Shown piece after piece: positions 32,303-41,434 of a stretch of 64,000 bases of DNA; within the stretch, counting starts at the first letter, position 1; each line of letters opens with the position of its first letter. This DNA is from a bacterium (GTDB taxonomy: Bacteria; Elusimicrobiota; Elusimicrobia; Elusimicrobiales; UBA9959). The DNA lies in contig JAJYJH010000001.1 of NCBI GenBank assembly GCA_021789695.1, positions 325,346-389,345 of the forward strand, in the 5' to 3' direction. Both the position numbers and the translations under genes were made by a program. The notes under the pieces are model-generated. The model ran no database searches and was not told where the DNA came from. It worked only from the letters and a program-made list of their open reading frames with translations.

Positions 32303-34216
32303 ATGTCGTTCCAGCGCAAGATTCTCACAGCGGCCGTACTCCTTCTGGCCTCCGGAACGGCCTCTGCCCTCCTCAGCCCGGGCGCCGAACTCAGACGTCT
32401 GGACCTGATCCAGCGAGCCGCCGGCCTGCACGCCTGGCGGGACCCCTACTGGCAGAAACTGCTCTATTACCACAACACCCTTTACTCAGGCCTGCGCAGC
32501 TCGTCGCTGAACCCGGCCTTCTATCTCTCGAAATGGGGGAACATAAACCCGAGACTGGAGATGGAGGCCGAGATAGACGGTCTTTTCTTCCAGGGGGAGG
32601 ACAACGACAGCCCCGAGTGCCTCTTCCCGGAGCGCTACCGCTGGCTGCGCAGGGAACTGGGGATTACCGAGACGGACTTCCCCCCGCGAAAATGCACCAA
32701 GTTCGAATCCTGGAAAGCCGGGCTGGACCCGGAATCTGTAAGTCTGATCTTCGCCGCAGGCTACCTCAACAATCCCTCCACCCTCTACGGGCATACCTTC
32801 CTGCGCCTGCACAAGCGGGGCGGGGACGGCGCGGACCTGCTGGACTACACGATGAACTACGCAGCGAACACCGGCGACCAGAAAGGCCTGCTGTTCGCGC
32901 TTAAGGGCCTGGTCGGGGCCTATCCGGGGCAGTTCTCCACCGTGCCGTACTACCTGAAGATACAGGAATACCACAACATGGAGAACAGGGACCTGTGGGA
33001 TTTTCCGCTTGACCTGACACAGGAGCAGATAGACCGCCTCCTGCGCCACGCCTGGGAGCTGGGCAAGGCTTCCTTTCCTTACCGCTTCTTCACGCGCAAC
33101 TGTTCCTGGCAGCTGCTGCCGCTGCTGGACATAGTAAAGCCCGGGCTGGACCTGGAGGGCAGGTTCCATCTATGGGTGATACCTTCCGACACGGTCAAGG
33201 CGATAGTGACCTCTTCCGAGGCGGCGCGAGCGGTCTGGCGGCCTTCGCTCTGGGATACCGTGAACTGGAAGCGCGCGCAGCTGGGGGCCGCGGAACGCGT
33301 GGTGGCGCTGCAACTGGCGCTCGGAGACCAGGAGGGAGCCATGTCCGCCCTGGCTCTGCTGCCGCCCCAGCGGCAGGCGGCGATACTGGAGACGGCAGCC
33401 GACTATCTGAGCTGGCGTTTTTACGCGGGACGCATAGGCAAGGCGCAGCTCGACTTGCGGACTGACCCGCTGCTGGCCGCGCGGGCCGCGCTGGGACAGC
33501 GGACGCCGTTTACCGGAACCCCGGCGCGCCCGTCCTCCGTGATCGACGCCCACGACAGCATGCGCCTGGGCGCCGGCCTGGTCTCGCTGAAGAACGGCCC
33601 GGCCTACGAGCTGCAGGCGCGCTTCGCGTTGCAGGACCTGCTTGACGACCCGACCGGCTACCTGCCCGACGCCGCCCTGGAGATGGGCTCGCTGCGCTTG
33701 CGCTACGAGCCGCGCTACGACCGTTATTACCTTGAGGAGGGCGTGCTGGCGCACGTCCTGAGCCTAAATCCCTGGGACGACTGGGTGCGCCGCCCGTCGT
33801 GGGAACTCTTCGCGGGCTTCCAGCAGGCCCCGGAAACAGGGGCGCAGAGCGGCAAGGCCGACATCTGGGCGATGAACGCGGCCTCGGGCCTTTCCGTGAA
33901 GTTCGACGGGGCGGTCCGCCAGGTCTGGTTCGCCATGGCTCAGGCCGACGGCGGCTTAGGGCCTTCGCTGAACTCCGGTTGGAGGGCCGGCGCCGGCCTC
34001 AAGGCCGGGGTTCTGGCCTCGCGCGGCCCGGTGCGCGCGCTGCTGCAGGCCAGGTATATAAGTTACGCTTTCGGCGACACCAGGCCTCTCTGGGCGGGTT
34101 CCGCCGCCGCTTCGGTGCGCCTGGCGAAGGACAGCGAGGCCAGGCTGGAGTACGCCTGGCGCGGCGGGGAGCGGGAGACGGGCCTGTACTTCAACCAGTT
34201 CTTCTTCGCCCCATAG
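32303..34216 (+). CDS. DUF4105 (Lnb N-terminal periplasmic domain)-like protein with a beta-rich C-terminal region
   Basis: I trimmed the 31865 ORF to ATG 32303. It has a signal peptide and the motifs YWQKLLYYH, NNPSTLYGHTFLRL and FFTRNCSWQLLPLL. The C-terminal 150 aa show alternating beta-strand patterns and end FNQFFFAP. Confidence 0.7.
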   Translation: MSFQRKILTAAVLLLASGTASALLSPGAELRRLDLIQRAAGLHAWRDPYWQKLLYYHNTLYSGLRSSSLNPAFYLSKWGNINPRLEMEAEIDGLFFQGEDNDSPECLFPERYRWLRRELGITETDFPPRKCTKFESWKAGLDPESVSLIFAAGYLNNPSTLYGHTFLRLHKRGGDGADLLDYTMNYAANTGDQKGLLFALKGLVGAYPGQFSTVPYYLKIQEYHNMENRDLWDFPLDLTQEQIDRLLRHAWELGKASFPYRFFTRNCSWQLLPLLDIVKPGLDLEGRFHLWVIPSDTVKAIVTSSEAARAVWRPSLWDTVNWKRAQLGAAERVVALQLALGDQEGAMSALALLPPQRQAAILETAADYLSWRFYAGRIGKAQLDLRTDPLLAARAALGQRTPFTGTPARPSSVIDAHDSMRLGAGLVSLKNGPAYELQARFALQDLLDDPTGYLPDAALEMGSLRLRYEPRYDRYYLEEGVLAHVLSLNPWDDWVRRPSWELFAGFQQAPETGAQSGKADIWAMNAASGLSVKFDGAVRQVWFAMAQADGGLGPSLNSGWRAGAGLKAGVLASRGPVRALLQARYISYAFGDTRPLWAGSAAASVRLAKDSEARLEYAWRGGERETGLYFNQFFFAP

Positions 34217-34224
34217 GTGACGGC

Positions 34225-35052
34225 GTGAAAAGACTTATACGCGGACTTCTGCCGCTGGCCCTGTTCTCGGCCTGCGGCTGCACCTACTTATTCTTCAAGC
34301 CCAGCAGGGCTCTCTTCTCCGATCCGGCTGCCGCCGGCTACAACTGCGAGGCCGTAAAGTTCAGTGCAGCCGACGGCGCGCAGTTGACAGGGCTCTATTT
34401 CCCCCCGGCCGGCCCGCCGAAGGCGATCGTAGTCCATTTCCACGGCAACGGCCAGAACATGACGGCCCATTACCATTACTCCGCATGGCTGGCGGCCCAT
34501 GGCTACGGAGTGCTGGTCTTCGACTACCGCGGCTACGGCGCCTCGGGAGGAAAGCCCTCGCTTGACGGGGCCTTGCTGGACGGAGAGGCGGCTCTTCGCG
34601 AGGCGCTCAAGCTGCCCGGGGCGGAACCGGACAAGGTGGTTATCTTCGGCCAGAGTCTGGGCGCGGCGATAGCGGTGGCGGCGGTCGGCGAGTCCGGCTT
34701 CAAACCGGCGGCCATGGTGCTGGAGGGAGGCTTTGATTCCTATCGCGGCGTCGCGGCGGCGGTTCTGCGCCGGGACGTTCTGGGCTGGCCTATCTCCTGG
34801 CTGCCCTGGATGGTCGTCAGCGGAAGGCATTCGCCGGCCGCCTACATCGGCCGGATAGACTGTCCCAAGCTGTTCATCAGTTCTCCCAGGGACCCTGTGG
34901 TCCCCTTTCAGCAGGGCAAGGAACTTTACGAGGCGGCAAAGCCGCCCAAAGAGTTCTGGCGGCCGTCCTCCGGCCACATAGAAGCTTTCGGAAGCTTCAG
35001 GGCCCTATACGGTCCGCGCCTGCTGGCCTTCCTTCAGACCGCGCTGCGCTGA
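34225..35052 (+). CDS. Alpha/beta hydrolase lipoprotein
   Basis: GTG 34225 start. Lipobox LALFSAC, HFHGNGQNM and nucleophile elbow GQSLGA. Confidence 0.75.
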   Translation: MKRLIRGLLPLALFSACGCTYLFFKPSRALFSDPAAAGYNCEAVKFSAADGAQLTGLYFPPAGPPKAIVVHFHGNGQNMTAHYHYSAWLAAHGYGVLVFDYRGYGASGGKPSLDGALLDGEAALREALKLPGAEPDKVVIFGQSLGAAIAVAAVGESGFKPAAMVLEGGFDSYRGVAAAVLRRDVLGWPISWLPWMVVSGRHSPAAYIGRIDCPKLFISSPRDPVVPFQQGKELYEAAKPPKEFWRPSSGHIEAFGSFRALYGPRLLAFLQTALR

Positions 35053-35080
35053 CTGCGCAGGCCGTATTTACCGGCCAGTT

Positions 35081-35788
35081 TCAGCGGCCCGGCGGACCGT
35101 GCGGCGCAGGGGCCAGCCTGACTTTTATCCACAGATGCAGCGGGCTCGTTTCGTCGTCGCCCGCGCCGCCGCCCTCCGCCCCGCCTCGGGGCCGGCCGCC
35201 CCGGTCATCCGCGAAGGACGCGTTGACGGCCAGGTGTTTTGTTCCCGGCGGGGCCTGCAGCCCCACGCCGATCTCTTCCGGCAGCGCGGCGCCAAAGCAG
35301 ACGAGCGGGATTCTGGCCTCCAATATCCCCCTATCGTCGAAGGAGCCGGATCTTATCTCCGGGGCCGCGGCGCCGGAGGAAAGCGCCACTTCGGGGCAGG
35401 CCCCGGACACGGAAAGGTCCCGGTCATCGTAGCCGGGGCCGCCATCCGGAGGGGCAAGCGTTATGCGCAACCCGCCTTTCCACGGTTTGCCGGTGGAGAG
35501 TATTATCGTGAAATCGCCGCCGCGAGCCCCAGAGAGCTGCTCCTTGGCCTCCCTGGTGTGCGGGTAGAGCATTAGGTAGAGCCAATCGGCGTCGTTGACG
35601 AAGGCATACTCCATGCCCGAAAAGTCGTCCTGTTCCCGGGGACGCCACTTCCCCAGATCTCCGTCCATGACGACCGGAGCGGTGCTCCAGGAACTCTCCC
35701 CCTTGGGACTCCACCAGAAGGCTCCAGCCGGAGCCGCGCAGAGCAGCGCCGCGGCCAGCAGGACGGGGAATGGAAGCGCCAGTCTCAT
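35081..35788 (-). CDS. Secreted hypothetical protein
   Basis: Signal peptide MRLALPFPVLLAAALLCAAPAGA and SD GGAGGCGG. I recognise no family. Its start overlaps the tail of the decayed RND gene. Confidence 0.5.
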   Translation of the reverse strand: MRLALPFPVLLAAALLCAAPAGAFWWSPKGESSWSTAPVVMDGDLGKWRPREQDDFSGMEYAFVNDADWLYLMLYPHTREAKEQLSGARGGDFTIILSTGKPWKGGLRITLAPPDGGPGYDDRDLSVSGACPEVALSSGAAAPEIRSGSFDDRGILEARIPLVCFGAALPEEIGVGLQAPPGTKHLAVNASFADDRGGRPRGGAEGGGAGDDETSPLHLWIKVRLAPAPHGPPGR

Positions 35789-36258
35789 TTTCCACCGCCT
35801 CCCCCCGGCTTAAGTTCCCCCAGTTCTACCAGCGCCTCTTTTAGTTCCTTTTCGCGCTTCGTGCTCTCCAGCGGCGCCAGCGGGCTGTAGGCGCAGGGCA
35901 CCACCAGCGCCATCGGCACGCGGGTCTCGGCGCCCGGACCTATGCCCAGCGCGGGCGGAATGGCCGCGGCTACCGTGGCGAACGAGGTCATCAGAATCGG
36001 GCGCAGCCTTATAGGGCAGGCCTCCAGCAGCGCGTCGCGCACGTTCAAGCCCTTCCCGCGCCGGCGCACGTTGGTGAAGTCCACCAGCAGTACCGAATTC
36101 TTCTTGACGATACCCATCAGCAGGATCATGCCGATCATGCTGTGGATGTTCAGCGACTGATGACCGATAAGAAGCGCGATAACGGCGCCAGTTATACTGA
36201 ACGGCAGCGCCGTGAACGGGTGCAGGAAGCTGTTGAATTGGGACGCCAGCATCATGTA
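35785..36258 (-). pseudogene. RND (AcrB-type) efflux pump, C-terminal remnant
   Basis: YMMLASQFNSFLHPFT...LLMGIVKKNSVLLVDF...RLRPILMTSFATVAAAIPPALG is the last TM bundle of AcrB-type pumps. The sequence diverges after ..RVPMALVV, which suggests a further frameshift. Confidence 0.8.
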
Positions 36259-36932
36259 GGTGTATGTCTTTTGACCTCTTCGTAGACTTCGTCCTAAAAC
36301 CATTAAACACTTTCCCGGCCGCCTCCGCCTAATCTAGCACTTTTCCTGACTTCCTTCCACTCTTAGGTTTATCGCTTTTCTTCTGGCCAGGGTCCGGACC
36401 TTCTTTTCCGCCCTTAGCCGCAATACGTCCTCCTTTTTGCAGGAATAAACGTCGTTCGGGCTTACGTTCTTCAGCCCCTCGTGCGGCGTGGCGTTATACC
36501 GCTCTATCCCATCCTGCATGGCCGCCTTCAACTCGCCCGGGCTGCAGTATACCAGCAGGCACACGCCCTCTTTGATCCGCCGGTTGAACCGTTCCAGCTT
36601 GCCCTGCGTCTGCGGATGGTACGGCTTGCCGAAGATGTGCCGTATCCCGTGATATCCCAGATACTTCGCCAGCACCTCCGACACAAAACCCGCGCCATTG
36701 TCAGACAACAGCGTCGGGCGCCAGTTCCCAGCCCACAATCTTCCTGGAATAGTCGTCCAGCACCGGCAGCAGTTTATAGTAGCCCCAGTCGACCACAAAG
36801 AAGTCGGTGCCGTCTATCTGCCACAACTCGTTGGACCGGCTGGTCTTATGCCGCCACTCTTTCGCCGCAGGCAGCTCCGCCATCGGCCGCGGGGCTATCG
36901 GCCCTTTGGCCTTCAGCAGGCCGTACACCTCT
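36259..36932 (-). mobile_element. Degenerate IS remnant (DDE/rve transposase pseudogene) replacing the RND gene body
   Basis: Two frames (36928-36701 and 36798-36334) carry ..NELWQIDGTDFFV.. and ..LSDNGAGFVSE..YHPQTQGKLERFN..YNATPHEGL. The HTH N-terminus is missing, and there is an internal deletion plus a frameshift between the first and second catalytic Asp. Confidence 0.8.
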
Positions 36933-37120
36933 GACCTGCGTCTCCATCACATCCGGCGCCGCGTTCTCAAGCGTCACGTTGACGGTAACCACGGGGTAGT
37001 CCACGTCCGGCATCTGGCTGATGCCCATCCTCGTTAAACCGATCCAGGCGAAAACTATCAACCCAGTATCAGCATCCAGGCGGAAACCGGGTTCCTGATG
37101 GAGTGGTCGGAAAGGGTCAT
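36933..37120 (-). pseudogene. RND (AcrB-type) efflux pump, N-terminal remnant with frameshift
   Basis: ATG 37120 follows the TolC stop (TAAtATG). MTLSDHSIRNPVSAWMLILG hits TGA at 37060-37058. A shifted frame continues LIVFAWIGLTRMGISQMPDVDYPVVTVNV..APDVMETQV. Confidence 0.8.
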
Positions 37121-37121
37121 A

Positions 37122-38387
37122 TTATTTAGACTCCAGGCCGGCGGAGATCTCCAACTTGATCAACGCGAGAGCTGCACTGTCGTGCGCCTGGGCCAGCGAG
37201 AGGCGGACCTGTTCCACAGTGACCAACGCGCTCAGCACGTCCAGGTTCGTGACCAGGCCCAGCTTGTAGTCCTCCTGCTGTAGACGCGCGTTCTCCTTGG
37301 CCAGCTGGATAGCGTCCACCAGACTGTCGGTCTGCAGCGAGAGGAAGTGGAAATCGTCGTAGGCGGAACGCACGTCGCTGAGCGCTTGACGTTCTACCAG
37401 GCGCGCGCCCAGGGCGGCAGAACGTTTGGCCGCGGCGGCGGAGTCGCGCTGGGCGGCCGCAGAGCCTCCGGTGTAGAGCGGCAGCGAGAGCGTCAGCGTC
37501 CCGTCCCAGCGGTCCGCGGGTTTCGGGGCCGGATCGCGCAGGACGTAATAGTCACCGGAGGCGGTCACCGACGGCCACAGGTTGTGGTCCTGGACGTCTG
37601 CCTGGTAGGAGGCAGCTTCGTAAGCCTTGCGCTGCGCCTCGATGTCCGGCCGCAGCAGGGCCGCCCTGAGGTAGGTCTCCCGACCAGTCTGCGAGCGGCG
37701 GGGCAGTTTCCTCGGGGCCAGGTCCTCGTCCAGGCCCGTCAGGAACCGGAGCACCTGCTGCGCCAGCCCCTCGGAGGCGGCCGCGTTCAGGTAAGCAGCC
37801 CTGTCCTGGGCCAGCTGGGTCTGCGCGGTGACGACCTCGCTGACGCGCGAGCGCCCGATATCGACCCTGGCCTGCAGCTCGGCTATGCGCCGCGCGTCCA
37901 CGTCGATCTGTCCGCGGCGTATCACCAGCTCGCGCTGCGCCTCGTGCAGCGTTAGATAGGCCTGAGCGACGGTGAGGTAGAAAAGCTGCGTGGCGCGGGC
38001 CAGGCCCAGCTTCGCGGAGCCGGTCCTGGCAGCCGCGGCCTTGGCGTTTAGGTAGTCGCGCATGCCGGAGAAGACGGAATAGGCCGCGGTCAGGTAACCT
38101 TTATTCTGGGCGTCGGCGTTCTGCTGCTTGTAGGCGGAGCCCGTAAGAGCGAGGACGGGTCTGAAGGCCGCGCCAGCCAGCCGTTCCGCATCCTCAAGCT
38201 GCGTCACGCCTTCGCCCTGCTGCGCGAGGACTTCGCTCTTGGCCAGAGCCAGTTGGTAAGCCTCGGGCAGCGTAATCGGCCGCATGGTATCGGTGGAGAT
38301 CTCCTCGACCGGGGAGGTGGAGTTGTTCTGCGCCGCCAGGGCGCAGGGCATCAGCGAGAGCAGCGAGACTATAAAGATGCGTCTCAT
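37122..38387 (-). CDS. TolC-family outer membrane efflux protein
   Basis: 421 aa with a signal peptide and paired OEP repeats. It overlaps the tetR stop. Confidence 0.85.
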   Translation of the reverse strand: MRRIFIVSLLSLMPCALAAQNNSTSPVEEISTDTMRPITLPEAYQLALAKSEVLAQQGEGVTQLEDAERLAGAAFRPVLALTGSAYKQQNADAQNKGYLTAAYSVFSGMRDYLNAKAAAARTGSAKLGLARATQLFYLTVAQAYLTLHEAQRELVIRRGQIDVDARRIAELQARVDIGRSRVSEVVTAQTQLAQDRAAYLNAAASEGLAQQVLRFLTGLDEDLAPRKLPRRSQTGRETYLRAALLRPDIEAQRKAYEAASYQADVQDHNLWPSVTASGDYYVLRDPAPKPADRWDGTLTLSLPLYTGGSAAAQRDSAAAAKRSAALGARLVERQALSDVRSAYDDFHFLSLQTDSLVDAIQLAKENARLQQEDYKLGLVTNLDVLSALVTVEQVRLSLAQAHDSAALALIKLEISAGLESK

Positions 38388-38986
38388 ATTTTTCTCCTCG
38401 TTCCGCTGAGAAAGATATTCAGCACGCGCTCCGCGCGCGCCTCCACGGACAGCCGGTGCCCCGCCGCCCGCGCGTAGGTGTTGGAGCCCCGGCAGAGGCC
38501 GAACAGAGCTGAGGCGGCGAAAAGCGGGTCTTCCAGACGCAGCAGGCCCCCGGAGACGCAGAACTCCAGGATCGACGCGATAAGCTGCATATTGGCGGCG
38601 AAGCGTTCCCTGAGCGTCTCGCGCCTGGCCCCGGAGAGGGGCATCCCCCCGGAATACCCGGTGATGTCCCTGCGCCTGTCGAACTGGTTAAGCAGCGCCA
38701 GGACCAGCTCCTCCAGCAGCTTCCCCGGAGGCAGGCCGGAGGACGCCAGTTTGAGCAGGCGGGCGTGCAAGTCCTCCACCATCGCGGCGAAGACGGCCAG
38801 CAGCAGGTCCTCCTTCTTCTTGTAGTAGAGAAAAAGCGTGCCTTTGGCCAGGCCGGCCTCTTTGGCGACCTCGTCCATCGTCATCTCTGCGAAACCGCGG
38901 GCAGCCATGACGCGCGTAGCCGCCAGAGTTATAGCCCGCTCCCGCTCTTGTTTTTCGGAATCAGTTAAGGATCTCATAATGACCAA
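38384..38986 (-). CDS. TetR/AcrR family transcriptional regulator
   Basis: N-terminal HTH GFAEMTMDEVAKEAGLAKGTLFLYYKKKEDLL. Confidence 0.85.
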   Translation of the reverse strand: MVIMRSLTDSEKQERERAITLAATRVMAARGFAEMTMDEVAKEAGLAKGTLFLYYKKKEDLLLAVFAAMVEDLHARLLKLASSGLPPGKLLEELVLALLNQFDRRRDITGYSGGMPLSGARRETLRERFAANMQLIASILEFCVSGGLLRLEDPLFAASALFGLCRGSNTYARAAGHRLSVEARAERVLNIFLSGTRRKI

Positions 38987-39026
38987 TAAGTCATTATGAT
39001 AGCAAAAAACAGGGAGGCCACCGCTC

Positions 39027-40115
39027 CTATGGCCTTTTGATGAACTGCCAGACCAGTTCCGCTGTTCTGGCCATATCTTCCAGAAGGATATATTCGCCCG
39101 CCGACCCCGGTTGCATCACACCGGTACCAAGGGCCAGGGCCGGTACGCCGCGGGCGTTGATGGCGTTAGCCTCCCCGCCTGGAGCGGAGCCAGCGGGCAC
39201 CGGCACCAGGCCGGCCCCCCTGATGGCCAGTTCCGCTTGGCGGCACAGGTCCGCCCCTTCCGCGTGAGCGTACGGGGCGTATTCCCAGGACCATTTGAAG
39301 GCCGCTCCGCCTCCGGCGGCGGAGGCGGCCCTCTCAAATTCGCCCTTTATCCGTTCCAGCAGCGGGAGGGCCTTGCCCTCCTCCATCGCCCTTACCTGGC
39401 CGCGGGCCAGGGCGGCGGGCGGGACGATGGCAGTGCCGGCGCCGCCGGCGATGGTCCCGATGTTGGACGTCGTGTCGGGATCGTGCCTGCCCCACGGGAA
39501 GGCGGCGATGGCCCTGGCGGCGATACTTATGGCGCAAACCCCCTGCTCGGGAGCGGCGGCATCGGCGGCCCTGCCGAGCACGTCCGCCGAAAAAAGCGCG
39601 ATGCCCGGAGACGAGACAGTGTAGGACCCTACGGGCAGGCCCGGGGCAAGGACAAAGGCGCTGCGCACTCCCGGCGGCAGTTCCAGGTGTTTCGCCCCGG
39701 CAGTATTGCCGCAACCGCGGGTGGTGAAAGCCAGCGTAAAGGGCCGCAGCGGCTGGTTGACGCTGACCGCGCGCTCCAGCGCGTAGAGCACGGCGGCCAG
39801 AGACGCCCGCCCGTCTGCTCCGGGAGCGCCGCCTTCTCCGGTTATGCGGTCGGAGGAGAGCACTTGCTTCACGCGCGAGGTGTGACGCAGCGTGTCCATG
39901 TGCGCCAGCAACGCGAAGGTGCCGCCGCCCCCGACGTGGCAGACCACGTTGCTGGTGTTGGAAAGCGCCGCGGCAGCGGAGCCGTCGGCCCGCGCCTGAA
40001 AGCCGAGGTTCTTCAGAAAGGAAAGCAGACGGCTGGCCACCTGGGCCTCCTTGCCCGGCAAGCCGTCCAGTTTGGCCAGCTCTAGGAACAGGTCCGTCAG
40101 ACGTCTGTTCGCCAT
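39027..40115 (-). CDS. M20-family metallopeptidase (peptidase T-like paralog)
   Basis: 362 aa with LLAHMDTL and a dimerisation-domain-like middle. It lies directly downstream of pepT. The assignment is by eye. Confidence 0.65.
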   Translation of the reverse strand: MANRRLTDLFLELAKLDGLPGKEAQVASRLLSFLKNLGFQARADGSAAAALSNTSNVVCHVGGGGTFALLAHMDTLRHTSRVKQVLSSDRITGEGGAPGADGRASLAAVLYALERAVSVNQPLRPFTLAFTTRGCGNTAGAKHLELPPGVRSAFVLAPGLPVGSYTVSSPGIALFSADVLGRAADAAAPEQGVCAISIAARAIAAFPWGRHDPDTTSNIGTIAGGAGTAIVPPAALARGQVRAMEEGKALPLLERIKGEFERAASAAGGGAAFKWSWEYAPYAHAEGADLCRQAELAIRGAGLVPVPAGSAPGGEANAINARGVPALALGTGVMQPGSAGEYILLEDMARTAELVWQFIKRP

Positions 40116-40125
40116 CGCGCCCCCG

Positions 40126-41358
40126 CTATTCTGCCCATTTGCGGGCCAGGTTTATCAGGACTTCCAGGGACTTGCTCATGCCGTCCAGCGAAACCCACTC
40201 GTAACGGCCGTGATAGTTATAGCCGCCGGTGAAGACGTTGGGTGTCGGCAGTCCCATGAAGGAGAGCCTGGAGCCGTCCGTGCCGCCTCGGACCGGTTTT
40301 ATCTCCGGGGTGAGGCCGGCCGCGCGCACCGCCGCCAGCAGGTTGGACATGATCTCGGGGCGCCTGGCGATAACCGCCCTCATGTTACGGTACTGTTCCT
40401 TGAACGAGAGCTCTATCTTCGCCAGCGGGTACTTTAGCCGCGCGGCGGCCACGATGGCCTCCAGCTGCCGCTCCATGACCTTCAGCTTCTTCAGGTCGTG
40501 GTCCCGGACTATGCCGGAGACCTCTGCCTTCTCGGTCTCTGCCGCCACATCGGTGAACATCACGAAGCCCTCGCGCCCTTCGGTGGTCTCGGGCAGCAGG
40601 TTCTCCGGCCAGGAGGACACAATGTCCGCGGCGACGCGCGCGGCGTTGGCCATGGCGTTCTTGGCCGAGCCGGGATGCACGCTCTTGCCGGCCACCTTCA
40701 ATGTCAGCCCGTCGGCGTTAAAGGTCTCCTCCTCCACTGCCCCGGTCACGTCGCCGTCGACTGTATAGGCCGCGGCGGCCCCGAAGGCCTTCACGGAGAA
40801 ATGCTCCACGCCCCGGCCCACTTCCTCGTCGGGAGTGAAGCCGACCTTCAGAGTCCCGTGCGGAACCTCGGGATGTTTCAAAAGGTACTCGGTCGCCGTC
40901 ATGATTATCGCTAGGCCGGCTTTATCGTCGGCCCCCAGCAATGTGTCGCCGGAGGCGGTTACGATGTCCTCGCCCTTGTGCGCGGCCAGTTCCGGACAGT
41001 TGCGGACGTTCAGCACCACGCCAAGCCGGCGGCTGATGACGATATCCCCGCCTTTCCAGGCGCGGTGAAGCCGCGGCTTTACGCCCTTGCCGGGAGCGGC
41101 AGGGGAGGTGTCCATATGAGCCAGCAGCCCGATGACCGGCTTGCGCCCTTTCACGGTCGCCGGAATCTCGGCGGTGACGTAGCCGTATCGGTCGAGCCGC
41201 ACCTTCTTCGCGCCTATCGCCCTGAGTTCGGCGGCCAGCATCCTGGCCAGGACCAGCTGCTTGGGCGTGGACGGGAAGGTCCCGGACCTCTCGTCGCTCT
41301 GGGTATCCACCTTCACGTACCTTTCAAGCCGCCGGTAAAGTTCAGTCTTGAGCTGCAT
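40126..41358 (-). CDS. pepT: Peptidase T (tripeptide aminopeptidase)
   Basis: 410 aa. YVKVDTQSDE, GLLAHMDTSP and GADDKAGLAIIM are typical PepT/M20B blocks. Confidence 0.9.
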   Translation of the reverse strand: MQLKTELYRRLERYVKVDTQSDERSGTFPSTPKQLVLARMLAAELRAIGAKKVRLDRYGYVTAEIPATVKGRKPVIGLLAHMDTSPAAPGKGVKPRLHRAWKGGDIVISRRLGVVLNVRNCPELAAHKGEDIVTASGDTLLGADDKAGLAIIMTATEYLLKHPEVPHGTLKVGFTPDEEVGRGVEHFSVKAFGAAAAYTVDGDVTGAVEEETFNADGLTLKVAGKSVHPGSAKNAMANAARVAADIVSSWPENLLPETTEGREGFVMFTDVAAETEKAEVSGIVRDHDLKKLKVMERQLEAIVAAARLKYPLAKIELSFKEQYRNMRAVIARRPEIMSNLLAAVRAAGLTPEIKPVRGGTDGSRLSFMGLPTPNVFTGGYNYHGRYEWVSLDGMSKSLEVLINLARKWAE

Positions 41359-41434
41359 GCTTCCTCCGTGGTGCCTTTTGGGGACCCGCGCAAAAAGGAT
41401 ATAATTTAAGCATCCCGTTTTTCAAGGAGAGGCT

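Noticed and set aside
39027-41358. Tandem M20 peptidase genes as a possible novel pair
   Set aside because: pepT plus a divergent M20 paralog looks like ordinary paralogy. Nothing in the sequence suggests a new function.
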